Shown: positions 19,365 to 32,040, counted from the stretch's first letter. The stretch is DNA of 64,000 nucleotides from Dehalococcoidia bacterium (GCA_965197585.1 OZ240215.1:3008001-3072000), one strand, 5' to 3'. Notes: generated from the sequence alone by a model not told the origin. Numbers and translations are program-made.

Positions 19365-19786
19365 ACATCTCAGGTCGTGAAAGTCTTTAGGAACCTTGAA
19401 TCGTCACCTCATCTATGCAGAGCTTTGGGCGCATTATAGGGTCTCGAAACGGGGCAGGCAAAGCATTCCACGTCGGTGAGTCAGCCCCACGAATAACCCA
19501 CCAAAAGACGCGCAAAATTTGCCTTTCTCATTCATTGACACGCCCATATTAGGGGTGTGTTATCCTCTCTCTGTTGGTGGAGGACCAACTCTTTTGCGCC
19601 CCTTCCCCTGGCGGCGGACTCGGTCCAACCGGTCCGATTCGGGGAAGGGATTGCAGATGGATTCTAAGGCCCGGCGTTCCAGGCCTGTGCCTGAACACTG
19701 TGCCTCCCCCACCCCGGTCCGAGAAGAGACATACATTTGCCGTATCTCTTCGCGCCCAAAATAAGACTGGTAATCATCCGGCGGTA

Positions 19787-21172
19787 ATGGAAGAAAATAA
19801 CGCAAAAGACGTTTGGCGCGCAGCCCTTGGAGAGCTGGAGCTTCAGGTAACTCGCCCCTATTTCGACACGTACCTTAAGGACACCGTCGGGATCTCGTCG
19901 GGCGGGGGCCGATTCACCGTCGGAGCGCCAAACGCCTTTGTCACGGAGTGGCTGCGCCTCAAGATGAGGCCCCGCATCGAGGAAACCATCCGAGGCCTAA
20001 CCGGCATACCACTCATCGTCGAGTTCCTTGTTTCCTCCCCACCGGGCCTCTCTCCCCAGACCTTCACCCCTTCCCCCGCGGTCACCGGCGGGCATGACGA
20101 CGATGCAGACACCGCGGGACCATACACTCCTCCTGCAGGACACAAGTCCGCCCCTCTCAACCGAAACTATACTTTCACCTCCATGGTGGTCGCCCGATTC
20201 AACAGGGTTGCCCACGCTGCGGCCCAAGCGGTCGCAGAGAACGCCGATTACCCGTTTAACCCGCTCTTCATCTACGGAGACGTTGGCCTTGGCAAGACCC
20301 ATCTCCTCCATGCCATCGGCCACAACGCCAGGTCTCGGAATCGGGACATGCTTTACGTCGGGGCAGAACAGTTCACCACCGACTACGCCGAGGCGGCTCG
20401 GGAGCGAGACTTCGGCAACTTCCGGCGGAAGTACCGGGAAGTCGACTTGCTGATGGTGGACGACATTCAGTTCATCGGGGGCAAACGGCAGACCCAGGAG
20501 GGTTTCTTCCACGTGTTCAACGACCTCCACGGATCCAACCGGCAACTGGTGTTCGCAGGGGACAGGCACCCGAGGGATATCGAAGCCCTTGACCCCAGGC
20601 TGGTGTCCCGGTTCGAAGGAGGCCTCCTGGCCGACATCACGGCCCCAAGCCTCGACACCCGGGTAGCAATCCTCAGACTGAAGTGCTCGTCCATGAGTGT
20701 CGATGTACCGGGTTCGATCCTGGACATGATAGCCCGCATGGTCGATGGAAGCGTCAGGCAACTTGAGGGGGCTCTCAACCGGGTGCTCGCCTTGGCGAAG
20801 GCGGAATCCAAGCCCGTAACCCTGGCCTTGGCCAGCGAGGTACTCCTTAAAGGCACCGAGCTGAGCCCAGCCAACACATCCTCCGACGCCATCATAGAGT
20901 TCACTGCCACCCACTTCGGCCTCTCCATAGAGGAGATCACCGGCAAGCGCAGGCTGAAACGCTACGTGCAAGCCAGGGACATCGCGATGTATCTCCTCCG
21001 GGAGGAGCTCCACCTGACCCCGATGAGGATCGGAGCGCTATTTGGCGACAGGACCCCCGCCGGCGTAAGCGCCGCGTGCCGCAAGATTTCAGAACGAGCG
21101 CAAGCTAGCAAGTCAATTAGGTTGGACTTAGCGCGAATAAGAGACACCTTATTCAGCAACTCTCGCGTCTAG
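19787..21172 (+). CDS. dnaA: Chromosomal replication initiator DnaA
   Basis: YTFTSMVV, FNPLFIYGDVGLGKTHL, LLMVDDIQF, RLVSRFEGGL, VRQLEGAL; start at ATG 19787. Confidence 0.96.
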   Translation: MEENNAKDVWRAALGELELQVTRPYFDTYLKDTVGISSGGGRFTVGAPNAFVTEWLRLKMRPRIEETIRGLTGIPLIVEFLVSSPPGLSPQTFTPSPAVTGGHDDDADTAGPYTPPAGHKSAPLNRNYTFTSMVVARFNRVAHAAAQAVAENADYPFNPLFIYGDVGLGKTHLLHAIGHNARSRNRDMLYVGAEQFTTDYAEAARERDFGNFRRKYREVDLLMVDDIQFIGGKRQTQEGFFHVFNDLHGSNRQLVFAGDRHPRDIEALDPRLVSRFEGGLLADITAPSLDTRVAILRLKCSSMSVDVPGSILDMIARMVDGSVRQLEGALNRVLALAKAESKPVTLALASEVLLKGTELSPANTSSDAIIEFTATHFGLSIEEITGKRRLKRYVQARDIAMYLLREELHLTPMRIGALFGDRTPAGVSAACRKISERAQASKSIRLDLARIRDTLFSNSRV

Positions 21173-21573
21173 CTCGCCGAGCCTAGGGCCTAACCCACCC
21201 AGTTCCTATCCCAAGCACCTCCCTCTAGGCCGACTTATTCATACCATGAATTGCCTTCACATAACTTACCCAAATCTACAAACTGCCTTGCCGACATAGC
21301 TCGGATATAATATGGATATTACGATCACTAGCTCACGTATTGGATAAACCAAAGTACGGGACCGCGTCATAAGACAAGCCCAACAGTCAAACAACTCCCG
21401 GCCCATGTTCCATTTCACCACTGACTTTGTAGGGAACAAAGTTTCAGGGCTGTAACAGCCAAGTACTCCTATTACTCTTGTTACATATATTTATTAATAT
21501 ACTCTATATAAATAAACCCACTCTGGAACAAGAAGAAAGACCTGAAGTACGTCTGTAGAAGTAGGTAATAGGG
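21173..21573. other. Probable oriC
   Basis: Non-coding gap after dnaA with GC patch acagcc, DnaA-trio-like tactcctattac (21464-21475) and AT-rich run 21481-21516; + strand appears C-rich to the left and G-rich to the right. Confidence 0.75.
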
Positions 21574-22817
21574 ATGCTCGTTGACAATGTGTCGGTTGTG
21601 TTATCCGGGGGTCGAGGTGGGAGAGGAGCGGTCACCTTTAGGAAGGAGAAATTCGTTCCTTTCGGGGGGCCGGATGGCGGAGGTGGCGGCCAGGGCGGAT
21701 CTGTCCTCCTACACCCGACATACGAGGTCCGTTCTCTGTCCCACCTGGTTACCACACCTAAGCTTGCGGCTCATGATGGATGGGATGGCCGCCGGTCTAA
21801 AAAAATAGGAAGAGCAGGCGTTGATCTCGTGGTCTTGGTACCCGTAGGTACCGTTGCAGAGGTAATGGGTGACGGGGTGGACTTTACCTTGGATATGACG
21901 TGTGCCGATGAGAAGCACGTCGTTTGTAGCGGCGGGGGTGGAGGCAGAGGGAACCGCACCTATGCTACCTCTACCATGAAAGTGCCTCGGATGGCGGAGG
22001 TTGGGGAGCTGGGAGAGACACGAGAGGTACGCTTGACATATAAGATGCTGTGCGACGTGGCTATTCTTGGAGATCCCAATGGCGGCAAGTCGTTGCTACT
22101 GAACAAGATGACCGCGGCGGGAGCAAAGGTGGCCGACTACTGGATGACCACCGTCGACCCTATCGTTGGTGTGATGGAGTCGGACTGGACCCAGTATCGG
22201 CTTCTTGAAGTGCCTTCGGTGTGGTCGACCTCCAGCTCGGGCGATGGGGCTCTGAAACACGCTCACAGAGCCTCGCTGGTAGCACTGGTATTGGATGCCA
22301 CTGAGGAATCCCTGGCCGATTCCTACCGCCGGGTAACCGACGCCCTGGCTGATAAGGATGAATACGTGCATGGGAAGCCGAGGCTGGTAGTGGTGAACAA
22401 GGTAGACCTTGCTGAAGATGAGCTGCATGAGGCCTCTGAGAGCACAGATGAATTTCCCGGGGCTCTAGCAGTGTGCTACGTATCAGCGGCCACTGGTGAA
22501 GGAATCCCTGAGCTGATGAGGCGCCTGGTGGAATTGGTGAAGGCGACCGGTATGGAATCCTCGTCGCAGGGTTCGGCGGAGGCACCTGTGCTCAGGCCCA
22601 AGCCGAAGGGTCGGCGTATCTCCGTGGTCAAGGATGCCGAGACCTACGTAGTCCACGCCGGCGAACTCGAGAGGCTCGTCCGGGGCACCGACATATCCGA
22701 CTGGGAGGCCCGAATGCAGCTCATGTCGCTGCTGGAAAAGGCCGGCGTCCACCAAGCCCTGCAGAAGGCTGGTGTTGTGGAAGGGGATACGGTAAGGATC
22801 GGTGGGTCGGATATGGA

Positions 22818-22827
<10 letters not shown>
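21574..22827 (+). CDS. obgE: Obg/CgtA family GTPase with divergent G motifs
   Basis: Gly-rich Obg fold (FRKEKFVPFGGPDGG), NKVD, VSAATGEG, C-terminal GVVEGDTVRIG. Confidence 0.9.
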
Positions 22828-25885
<3,058 letters not shown>

Positions 25886-26006
25886 CTACCTGGGACCGGC
25901 CGTCTGGCAGTCGAGAGTTGGGCCTTCGATCGGTCACGGAACCGTGGGCAAAATAAGTACAAGTACAAAACCTCGACCAAAATAATTGTACCACAATGCC
26001 CTGTTT

Positions 26007-27107
26007 TTAGCTACTGTTTATGCCTGTCAAATATGATGGGGTCACGGGGGCCGGCTGCTCCTTTGTTGGATGTTGGGAGAGGGAGTTTTGATTGATGTGC
26101 GGGCGCAGTCGTGGTCTTTGATTGTTTTCGGGGAAATTTGGTTTTTTCCGGGGTGGAGACGCCGGGGATGGGGAGGGGGTTCCTTTCGTGAGTGGGGTGA
26201 GGGGAGAGGGGGGAAGGGTGAGCGGGCAAGTCCGAGATTCCTCGCGGAGCCTCGGAATGGTAAAAGGGAGGGGGAGGGGTGTGGACGCCCCAATCGGGGC
26301 GCCCACACCCTGGGCGACTGGCCGGTCGTCCCCAGTGGGGAAGTGGGCAAGGGGGAGGGAGGTGATGGAAGGTCCCGGACGGTTGCGCAAGAAGGCGTCT
26401 ACGCCTGTGCCGATGCATGTGAGATCGGCGACGGCTCTGCGACAGCCCCTAACTTCTGAGGGGATGTGGACGAGACCCGAGAAATTCTCGGTGTGGGGCA
26501 GTCCCGTCCACCAGAAGTGCTCGACCACCCTAAGGGATGGGAGCGGGGACCCGTGACCGCCGTTCGTAGTCGGGTGTTCTCCGGTTGTGACGACGGTGGA
26601 ATCCCTAAATGGTGCGTTTGTTTTAAGTCGGAGGTTGTCCGACTGTTCGGACTCGCCAGCAAGGTCTAGGCCGGGGGAGTCCGGAGGGGGCGCTATGGCC
26701 CAAGGAGGAGACATGACGCTGTGCTCCAGGGCGTCGCCTGAGGAGGCGAGACGGATGCGCCGGGTGAGTGTAGCGCGCATTTGGCAGTGGCCCTTGGAAA
26801 GGGGGTGCCGTGATTTGTCCGGGGACCTTCCATGCAGGGGGCGGGACGGTGATTGATCGCTGCGAAGGCGTAGGCGTTGGGCCTTTGGGCAGCGCTTGTA
26901 GTGGGAGTTAAGATGGGGAGGACTGGGGAGGAGACCCCGCCTATTCCGCTCTTGAGACCCTTCGACTCCGCTCAGGGCGAGCGGAATGCCCCACCCCAGG
27001 GAATGGTCGAGGCGGGAATGGGGGCTGGGAAGGAGGCGCGTGCCAATGGCCGGGCGGTGGCATACCGCTCGGGTGTGACGGGGCCTATGGAGGCCGGTGC
27101 GACTCAT
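26007..27107 (-). CDS. Hypothetical protein of repeat element copy B (366 aa)
   Basis: Paralogous to 14210-15283 and 54143-54805; conserved RBS and ATG. Confidence 0.55.
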   Translation of the reverse strand: MSRTGLHRPRHTRAVCHRPAIGTRLLPSPHSRLDHSLGWGIPLALSGVEGSQERNRRGLLPSPPHLNSHYKRCPKAQRLRLRSDQSPSRPLHGRSPDKSRHPLSKGHCQMRATLTRRIRLASSGDALEHSVMSPPWAIAPPPDSPGLDLAGESEQSDNLRLKTNAPFRDSTVVTTGEHPTTNGGHGSPLPSLRVVEHFWWTGLPHTENFSGLVHIPSEVRGCRRAVADLTCIGTGVDAFLRNRPGPSITSLPLAHFPTGDDRPVAQGVGAPIGASTPLPLPFTIPRLREESRTCPLTLPPSPLTPLTKGTPSPSPASPPRKKPNFPENNQRPRLRPHINQNSLSQHPTKEQPAPVTPSYLTGINSS

Positions 27108-27372
27108 GGGACTCCTTTAGTTCCGCTCCGCCAAAGGCGGACTTTCAGCTGGGCGGATGTTCCACCTTTCCTTGATTAGGGCCGACGCGGGGTGTCGGGC
27201 CTGGCAGGCAATATAGCACGAATGTTCATGTCGAGTCAAGGGGGTGGTGTCACTTTTGGGGAATCACCCTCACCCCCTCGGGGGGACTCGGGGCAGGCTC
27301 TAGCCCTCTCCCGTCAGAGGGAGAGGGGACTGGACCCCTCTCCCCAGATCCCTCGCGGAGCCTCGGGATGAC
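26075..27372 (-). repeat. Dispersed repeat element, copy B, with upstream REP modules
   Basis: Reverse complement matches copy A over promoter, leader, ORF and tail; about 27317-27370 matches about 13849-13903. Confidence 0.9.
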
Positions 27373-27481
27373 AGGGTCAAGGGGTTGGCGTCACTCGCCG
27401 AGGCGAGTCTTCGACCCCATCTCCCCGGGAATAAATGGAGGGGCGCCTAATGGACGGGCTCAGACCACTGACTCGACCTGC

Positions 27482-27592
27482 CTACATTTGCACAATGGCC
27501 AAAATCACATACACGATTAAGAACAGGCCCAGGCTCAACCCGAGGATAGCGAGTCCAGACACGATCCTGCTCGGCCAACTTGACATGGGCAT
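27482..27592 (-). CDS. Putative 36-aa single-TM small protein
   Basis: MPMSSWPSRIVSGLAILGLSLGLFLIVYVILAIVQM*; GGAG upstream; follows the MerR-cassette genes; below the ORF-track cutoff. Confidence 0.5.
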   Translation of the reverse strand: MPMSSWPSRIVSGLAILGLSLGLFLIVYVILAIVQM

Positions 27593-27613
27593 CGTCTATC
27601 TTGGGTCTCCGGC

Positions 27614-27859
27614 TCAGTAGTCAAGTGAGGAGGGCGGCACCGGCAGGTTCCGGCCCACGACCAGCCAGCGTCGCAGCGCGATGCCGGCCCACAGGACCTC
27701 GACTGCCGCAAAGGGCCATGCGTGGATCAAGCCGGCGTAAAGAGACGACGCCAGGCATGCAACCGCAAAGACGAACACGAACCACCGCGACCGACTCTCC
27801 AGGCCATAGGAGATCGCCATGATGGAAACGGCGACAGCGCCAAAAACCTCGGTCAGCAT
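27614..27859 (-). CDS. Small three-TM membrane protein (CBU_0592-like)
   Basis: MLTEVFGAVAVSIMAISYGLE...AWPFAAVEVLW; ATG overlaps the upstream stop (ATGCTGA). Confidence 0.7.
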   Translation of the reverse strand: MLTEVFGAVAVSIMAISYGLESRSRWFVFVFAVACLASSLYAGLIHAWPFAAVEVLWAGIALRRWLVVGRNLPVPPSSLDY

Positions 27860-28281
27860 GCGCCGCTTGACCCGGCCCGCCCGCCCGACACGATTGCTCC
27901 GACTGCTCCGGGCAGGCTGCCTCCACTCGCCTTGAACAAACGACCTGATCTCTGCTGAGTGCCCTGCAATTCCTTCGGGAGCCAGCCGCGGATGTATTCC
28001 TTTGTGCCCTGGGGACCACTCAGCCGCAGCCAGGTTTGGTCGTCGCGGTCGTCGATTTTGAACGCCAGGAATCTGCAGCACCGGCGCTCGAAGTCGACGA
28101 AGGCACGGACTATTTCTATCGCCTCTGACGGGAACCCAAGCTCAAACGCGTCTGTAGTCTCCCGCACGTCTATGATAGAAGCGGTCAGGGTGGAACTGAT
28201 CTCTTCCCTTCGATCACGACGCGCTGCGTCAGTGAGCGTGCACGCGACCAAATCGCTCGTAGCCATCACGGTTTCTTCCAT
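27853..28281 (-). CDS. Conserved hypothetical protein with ACTL...ERRCCxF motif
   Basis: GGAGGA RBS; LVACTL and FERRCCRFL motifs, a pattern often found beside MerR regulators. Confidence 0.75.
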   Translation of the reverse strand: MEETVMATSDLVACTLTDAARRDRREEISSTLTASIIDVRETTDAFELGFPSEAIEIVRAFVDFERRCCRFLAFKIDDRDDQTWLRLSGPQGTKEYIRGWLPKELQGTQQRSGRLFKASGGSLPGAVGAIVSGGRAGSSGAC

Positions 28282-28342
28282 GGATCCTCCTTTGGCAATT
28301 GACCGGTCCAGATTGTTCGAATGGAGAGCGGTCGAGCACTTG

Positions 28343-28747
28343 TCAGCGCCCGAGCCCTGACAAGACGCCACAGCGCGACAGGTCGCCGCCGCATTCACAC
28401 TGCTCGACTGCCGTCTGCAGCGACCGCCGCATGTGACGAAGGTCACGGATCTTTCCTTCAATCTCCCGGAGTTTTCCAGTAATCATGTTGATCACGCCCG
28501 CTGGGTGGGGCCCTCCTGATTCAATGGTCATGAACTCACGGATTTCAGCCAGCGTGAAGCCCAAGGCCTGGGCGCGCTTGATCCCACGAACCGTTTCCAC
28601 AGCGTCCTGGCCGTAGACCCTGTACCCAGTGGGCGTTCTGTGCGGCGCCTGCAACAGGCCACGGCGTTCGTAGTAATGCAGCGTCTGCGCATTGACCCCG
28701 GTGGCGCGGGCAACCTGTCCGACACGTAACTGTTCTTCATGGGTCAT
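28343..28747 (-). CDS. MerR-family heavy-metal-responsive regulator
   Basis: VGQVARATGV, LHYYERRGLL, GYRVY, AQALGFTLAEI, C-terminal CEC...C. Confidence 0.93.
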   Translation of the reverse strand: MTHEEQLRVGQVARATGVNAQTLHYYERRGLLQAPHRTPTGYRVYGQDAVETVRGIKRAQALGFTLAEIREFMTIESGGPHPAGVINMITGKLREIEGKIRDLRHMRRSLQTAVEQCECGGDLSRCGVLSGLGR

Positions 28748-28762
28748 GGGCGTTCTCCAGAC

Positions 28763-28794
28763 AAGATACAGCCTATACCATGGTATAGGGTCAA
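28763..28794 (-). promoter_or_regulatory. MerR-type promoter/operator
   Basis: TTGACC-N20-TATCTT with the perfect palindrome cctataccatggtatagg (28772-28789) spanning the long spacer. Confidence 0.85.
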
Positions 28795-28872
28795 GCGGGG
28801 CGGAGTCGGCTAGCGTGACGTTGCGATTTCAGGACCACCCGACACCCCAAGCGACCACCCGGGGTTCCAGCG

Positions 28873-29787
28873 CTACGATGAGAGCGCTGCGGCGACGCCC
28901 TCTATTTTCCCCGGCCCCGATGTAGTGAGCTCACCGACCGCTTTGACTATGTTCGGGTGCTGCAGTCCAGATACGAGGAAGGTCCACCGGCATGCACGCT
29001 GCGTATTTGTCGTGATCTCCTCTTTCTCGGCAGCCGTGAACGTCCGTCCGGTCACCCTCTCAAGAGCTTCTATGTTCAGCCCAATCTGCTGTGCCAGGAG
29101 CCCGTCGATCGCCCCACCAAGCTCCAGAACCTCATCGATCGCACTCTCCCGCTCTTCAAGGGTCAAGGTCTCGGCTACTTCACCGATCAGCAACGTGTCC
29201 AGCTTGGCGTGCTGCGCCTCTTCTATCCAATGAAACCTCAGGAGGTCCCGGACCAGCCCATCGAGGTCCGAGTCGTCGCGCACATGCTCTATGTAGTGGA
29301 GCTGGGTAAACCATTCGATAATCGCGGTCAGGAGCATGACGGCCAGCTTTGACTTGCTCCGAACTACTTTCGCCACATCTTCCCTACCAGGGATTAAGCC
29401 GCACTCACTGCCGAAGCCCCGGCCGAAGAGTTCAACCGATCTCCGAAACAGCTCCTGATGCTTGAGTTCTTCCTCAGCGAACCGCAACAACGAGCGGGCC
29501 CTGACTTCGTCCCCATAGACCTCCTTCATAGCCTCTTCCGTGACGGTGGGGATGATGAACTCCTCCACGAACGCGAAGATGTGGCAGTAGGCGTTGCCCA
29601 TAATCTGATTCAGCTGGCGCCTCTCGCTGTCGTTCAAACATCCGATCTCGTCTACACCGGTCAGCTTGTTGGGCAGGAAGCGTTTCGAGAAGTCGAAATT
29701 CTTGTCGGCCAGGACATCGTCTTCCAACCAGGAAACCCTCTTCGAGATGTCAAGACACTCTTGGTATGTGTAATTGTGTGAAAGCAC
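28873..29787 (-). CDS. Ferritin-like diiron oxygenase (AurF-like)
   Basis: FAFVEE, EELKH, IIEW and EEAQH carboxylate/ExxH motifs. Confidence 0.8.
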   Translation of the reverse strand: MLSHNYTYQECLDISKRVSWLEDDVLADKNFDFSKRFLPNKLTGVDEIGCLNDSERRQLNQIMGNAYCHIFAFVEEFIIPTVTEEAMKEVYGDEVRARSLLRFAEEELKHQELFRRSVELFGRGFGSECGLIPGREDVAKVVRSKSKLAVMLLTAIIEWFTQLHYIEHVRDDSDLDGLVRDLLRFHWIEEAQHAKLDTLLIGEVAETLTLEERESAIDEVLELGGAIDGLLAQQIGLNIEALERVTGRTFTAAEKEEITTNTQRACRWTFLVSGLQHPNIVKAVGELTTSGPGKIEGVAAALSS

Positions 29788-30202
29788 GTGCTGCTCCTCC
29801 TTCTACTAGGCCCTTCGCTGCGATTCTCCATACTCAGCTTACTGGATCCAACACCAACACAATAACATAGGTGACAAACATAGGACTTTCACTCACGAAT
29901 GCGGGCAAATTTTCTATCAAGATCACAGATCCATCCGGGGAGCGGGCTGAACCGGGTGATCGATGGGCCACTCGGCCCGTACATTCGAAGTCCGCGCATG
30001 TGCCCTTCCTGCCGTCGCTTCGACAAGTGGCCGATATGGAAGGTCCTTATCTGGACCAACCTCCTCTGCAGCGCATTGGTCCGCTGATGGAAGAAGTTCT
30101 GGGGCGGCTGGTACTCGCGTGCGGTGAGATAGGCTTCAGGTGGGGGCTGATGTCACATGTCGACTACCTAGGAGCCACCACTTTGTGAATTGCAGCGCAA
30201 TG

Positions 30203-30231
30203 TTGACATAAGGTTTGTGGGTCTTTACCAT
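30203..30231 (+). promoter_or_regulatory. Sigma70 promoter TTGACA-N17-TACCAT
   Basis: Perfect -35, 17-nt spacer and TAnnnT -10. Confidence 0.65.
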
Positions 30232-30500
30232 TCCAATTACCCTAGGGACTACGGGATTACACCCGAGAATGGAGGGTCGGATGAAAAGGATTCATCTCCT
30301 GTTTAGCCGTCTCGAAATTGATTGTAGCGGCCCCGCCGGAGACACAGGTATGGGCGGCATGATGTTGGGGGCGTCTCCGGTGGGGAACCGGAATGCCGTC
30401 TCGAGGCCCTAACCAGCAAGCTCCCCTTATGGGATGCCCCTCCGGTTTAGATCACCGGAACAGAAAAGCCAGAGACGGTCAGCAATAGTTTTGATATCAG

Positions 30501-30530
30501 AAGAGGCCCGGGAATTTTCCCGGGCCTCTT
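30501..30530. terminator. Strong hairpin terminator, likely bidirectional
   Basis: aagaggcccgggaa-tt-ttcccgggcctctt. Confidence 0.8.
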
Positions 30531-30549
30531 GATATTCGTGATTTGTCTC

Positions 30550-30825
30550 TTATACCCCTGCGAGCTCTGCCAGAAGCTCAAAAATCCTCGGGGCGGAGTC
30601 CCGGGCCTGGGCTTTTAGCTCCTTTAGGTCTTCGACGGAGACCATCATCGGGCCTCTGCCGAAGCGGGGACCGTGGTAGTAGCAGAAGCGGAGGGACTCC
30701 TCGCCGTCTTCGTAGCGGAGGAGCTGGATGGTCGGCTCCCAGTGGGGGCGCATCACGCTCACCTCTTCCACTACCTGTCCACCACCCCAGGGGAAGCTGA
30801 ACGGCCTTGGCAGTTTTCTGTTCAC
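30550..30825 (-). CDS. Hypothetical protein (91 aa)
   Basis: GGAG RBS just after the ruvA stop; coding-like codon usage; followed by a terminator. Confidence 0.7.
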   Translation of the reverse strand: MNRKLPRPFSFPWGGGQVVEEVSVMRPHWEPTIQLLRYEDGEESLRFCYYHGPRFGRGPMMVSVEDLKELKAQARDSAPRIFELLAELAGV

Positions 30826-30837
30826 GGCGTTGTGCTC

Positions 30838-31419
30838 CTACCCGGAACCTAGCCTCTGGAGCACGAGCATGATCTTCTCCTCCAGGGGGGCGCCGGGGTC
30901 TATGTTGGCGCCGACCAGGGCTGCACGAGCCTCGGCGGGTGCGTAGCCCAGGGCCGAGAGAGCCGCGACAACTTCGTCGAGGTCGGGTCTTGGCGATACT
31001 GCTGCTTCTCCCCACTCCCGCTCCAGCTTTCCCTTCAGCTCGAGTATCAGCCGCCCCGCCGTCTTCTTCCCCAGCCCGTTGACACGCGTCAGAGAGCCCG
31101 TGTCCTCTGCACCTATTGCCCCCGCCAACTCTCGCGGAGACATGGTTGACAGGATGCTTAGCGCGAGTCTCGGGCCCACGCCCGACACCCCGATCAGCAT
31201 GACGAACAGGTCCCGCTCCTCCAGCGAGCCGAACCCGTACAGGGACAGGACCTCTTCCCGGATGTAAAGGTAGGTGTGCAGCCGCACGGACCCGCCTACC
31301 GGCCCCACCGACCCGATGGTCGAAGTCGGGGCGAAGACCTCCAGGCTCATGGGTCCGATGTCTACGGTGAGGGAATCGTCGGATATCGCTTCCAGGGTGC
31401 CGCGCAGGCCGGTAATCAC
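30838..31419 (-). CDS. ruvA: Holliday junction branch migration protein RuvA
   Basis: MITGLRG, LYGF, VSGVGPRLAL, GLGKKTAGRLILEL, ALSALGY. Confidence 0.97.
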   Translation of the reverse strand: MITGLRGTLEAISDDSLTVDIGPMSLEVFAPTSTIGSVGPVGGSVRLHTYLYIREEVLSLYGFGSLEERDLFVMLIGVSGVGPRLALSILSTMSPRELAGAIGAEDTGSLTRVNGLGKKTAGRLILELKGKLEREWGEAAVSPRPDLDEVVAALSALGYAPAEARAALVGANIDPGAPLEEKIMLVLQRLGSG

Positions 31420-31423
31420 AGTC

Positions 31424-31927
31424 CTACCCCTGCGCGCTCTCGGCGATCAACCGCGCCCGGGCGCTTTGCTGGATATGGCACAGGGCCACGGCCACGGCGT
31501 CGGAGGCGTCCAGGGAGTCGGGGTACGCGTCCAGGTCCAGCTGGAGGCAGACCATCTCCCGCACCTGCTCCTTGTCGCTGGCTCCGTGTCCCGTGACGGC
31601 CATCTTCACCTCCCTGGGGCTGTACTGAGACACTCCGGATCCAGCCTCGGCGGCCGCCAGAAGCGCCACCGCGTTGGCCTGCCCTATAAGCATCGCCGAG
31701 CGGATGCTCTTGTGAACGAAGGGCTCTTCCACCGCCATCTCATCCGGCGAGTACTGCTCGATGAGCTCCCGAAGCCCGTTGTACAACATGTGGAGGCGCT
31801 CGGGGATTGGCCGGGAGGAGGGGGCTTTCAGCACGCCGCAGGAGACCAGGCTGGGGCCCGCGTCGCTGTCATCCAGGACTCCGTAGCCCATGTTAATGGT
31901 GCCAGGATCGACGCCCAACACTCTCAT
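31424..31927 (-). CDS. ruvC: Crossover junction endodeoxyribonuclease RuvC
   Basis: VLGVDPG, MAVEEPF, VKMAVTGHG, DASDAVAVALCH. Confidence 0.97.
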   Translation of the reverse strand: MRVLGVDPGTINMGYGVLDDSDAGPSLVSCGVLKAPSSRPIPERLHMLYNGLRELIEQYSPDEMAVEEPFVHKSIRSAMLIGQANAVALLAAAEAGSGVSQYSPREVKMAVTGHGASDKEQVREMVCLQLDLDAYPDSLDASDAVAVALCHIQQSARARLIAESAQG

Positions 31928-31987
31928 GAGCACCTCCGGATTTCCGTGGGAGGGGGACTTGGTATAAGCGGAATGGCGGTTAACAAT

Positions 31988-32026
31988 TCACCCTCACCCT
32001 AGCCCTCTCCCATCGAGGGAGAGGGG
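31988..32026. repeat. REP-like palindrome (ccctcaccctagccctctccc...gggagaggg family)
   Basis: Related copies at about 27265-27330, 46905-46935 and 59688-59760. Confidence 0.8.
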
Positions 32027-32040
32027 ACCGGCCACCGTGG

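Noticed and set aside
19574-19786. 71-aa N-terminal extension of DnaA in the ORF track (similarly 6404-6562, 10828-10935, 39495-39680)
   Set aside because: No homology-like content; better starts lie downstream
30143-30165. ggggctgat...tcgac resembling the tmRNA 5' end
   Set aside because: No T-loop or CCA-type 3' end downstream, and a promoter lies 3' of it
29830-30190. Short ORFs between the diiron oxygenase and the orphan promoter
   Set aside because: No recognisable motif, RBS or coding bias; may be a decayed remnant but I cannot support that
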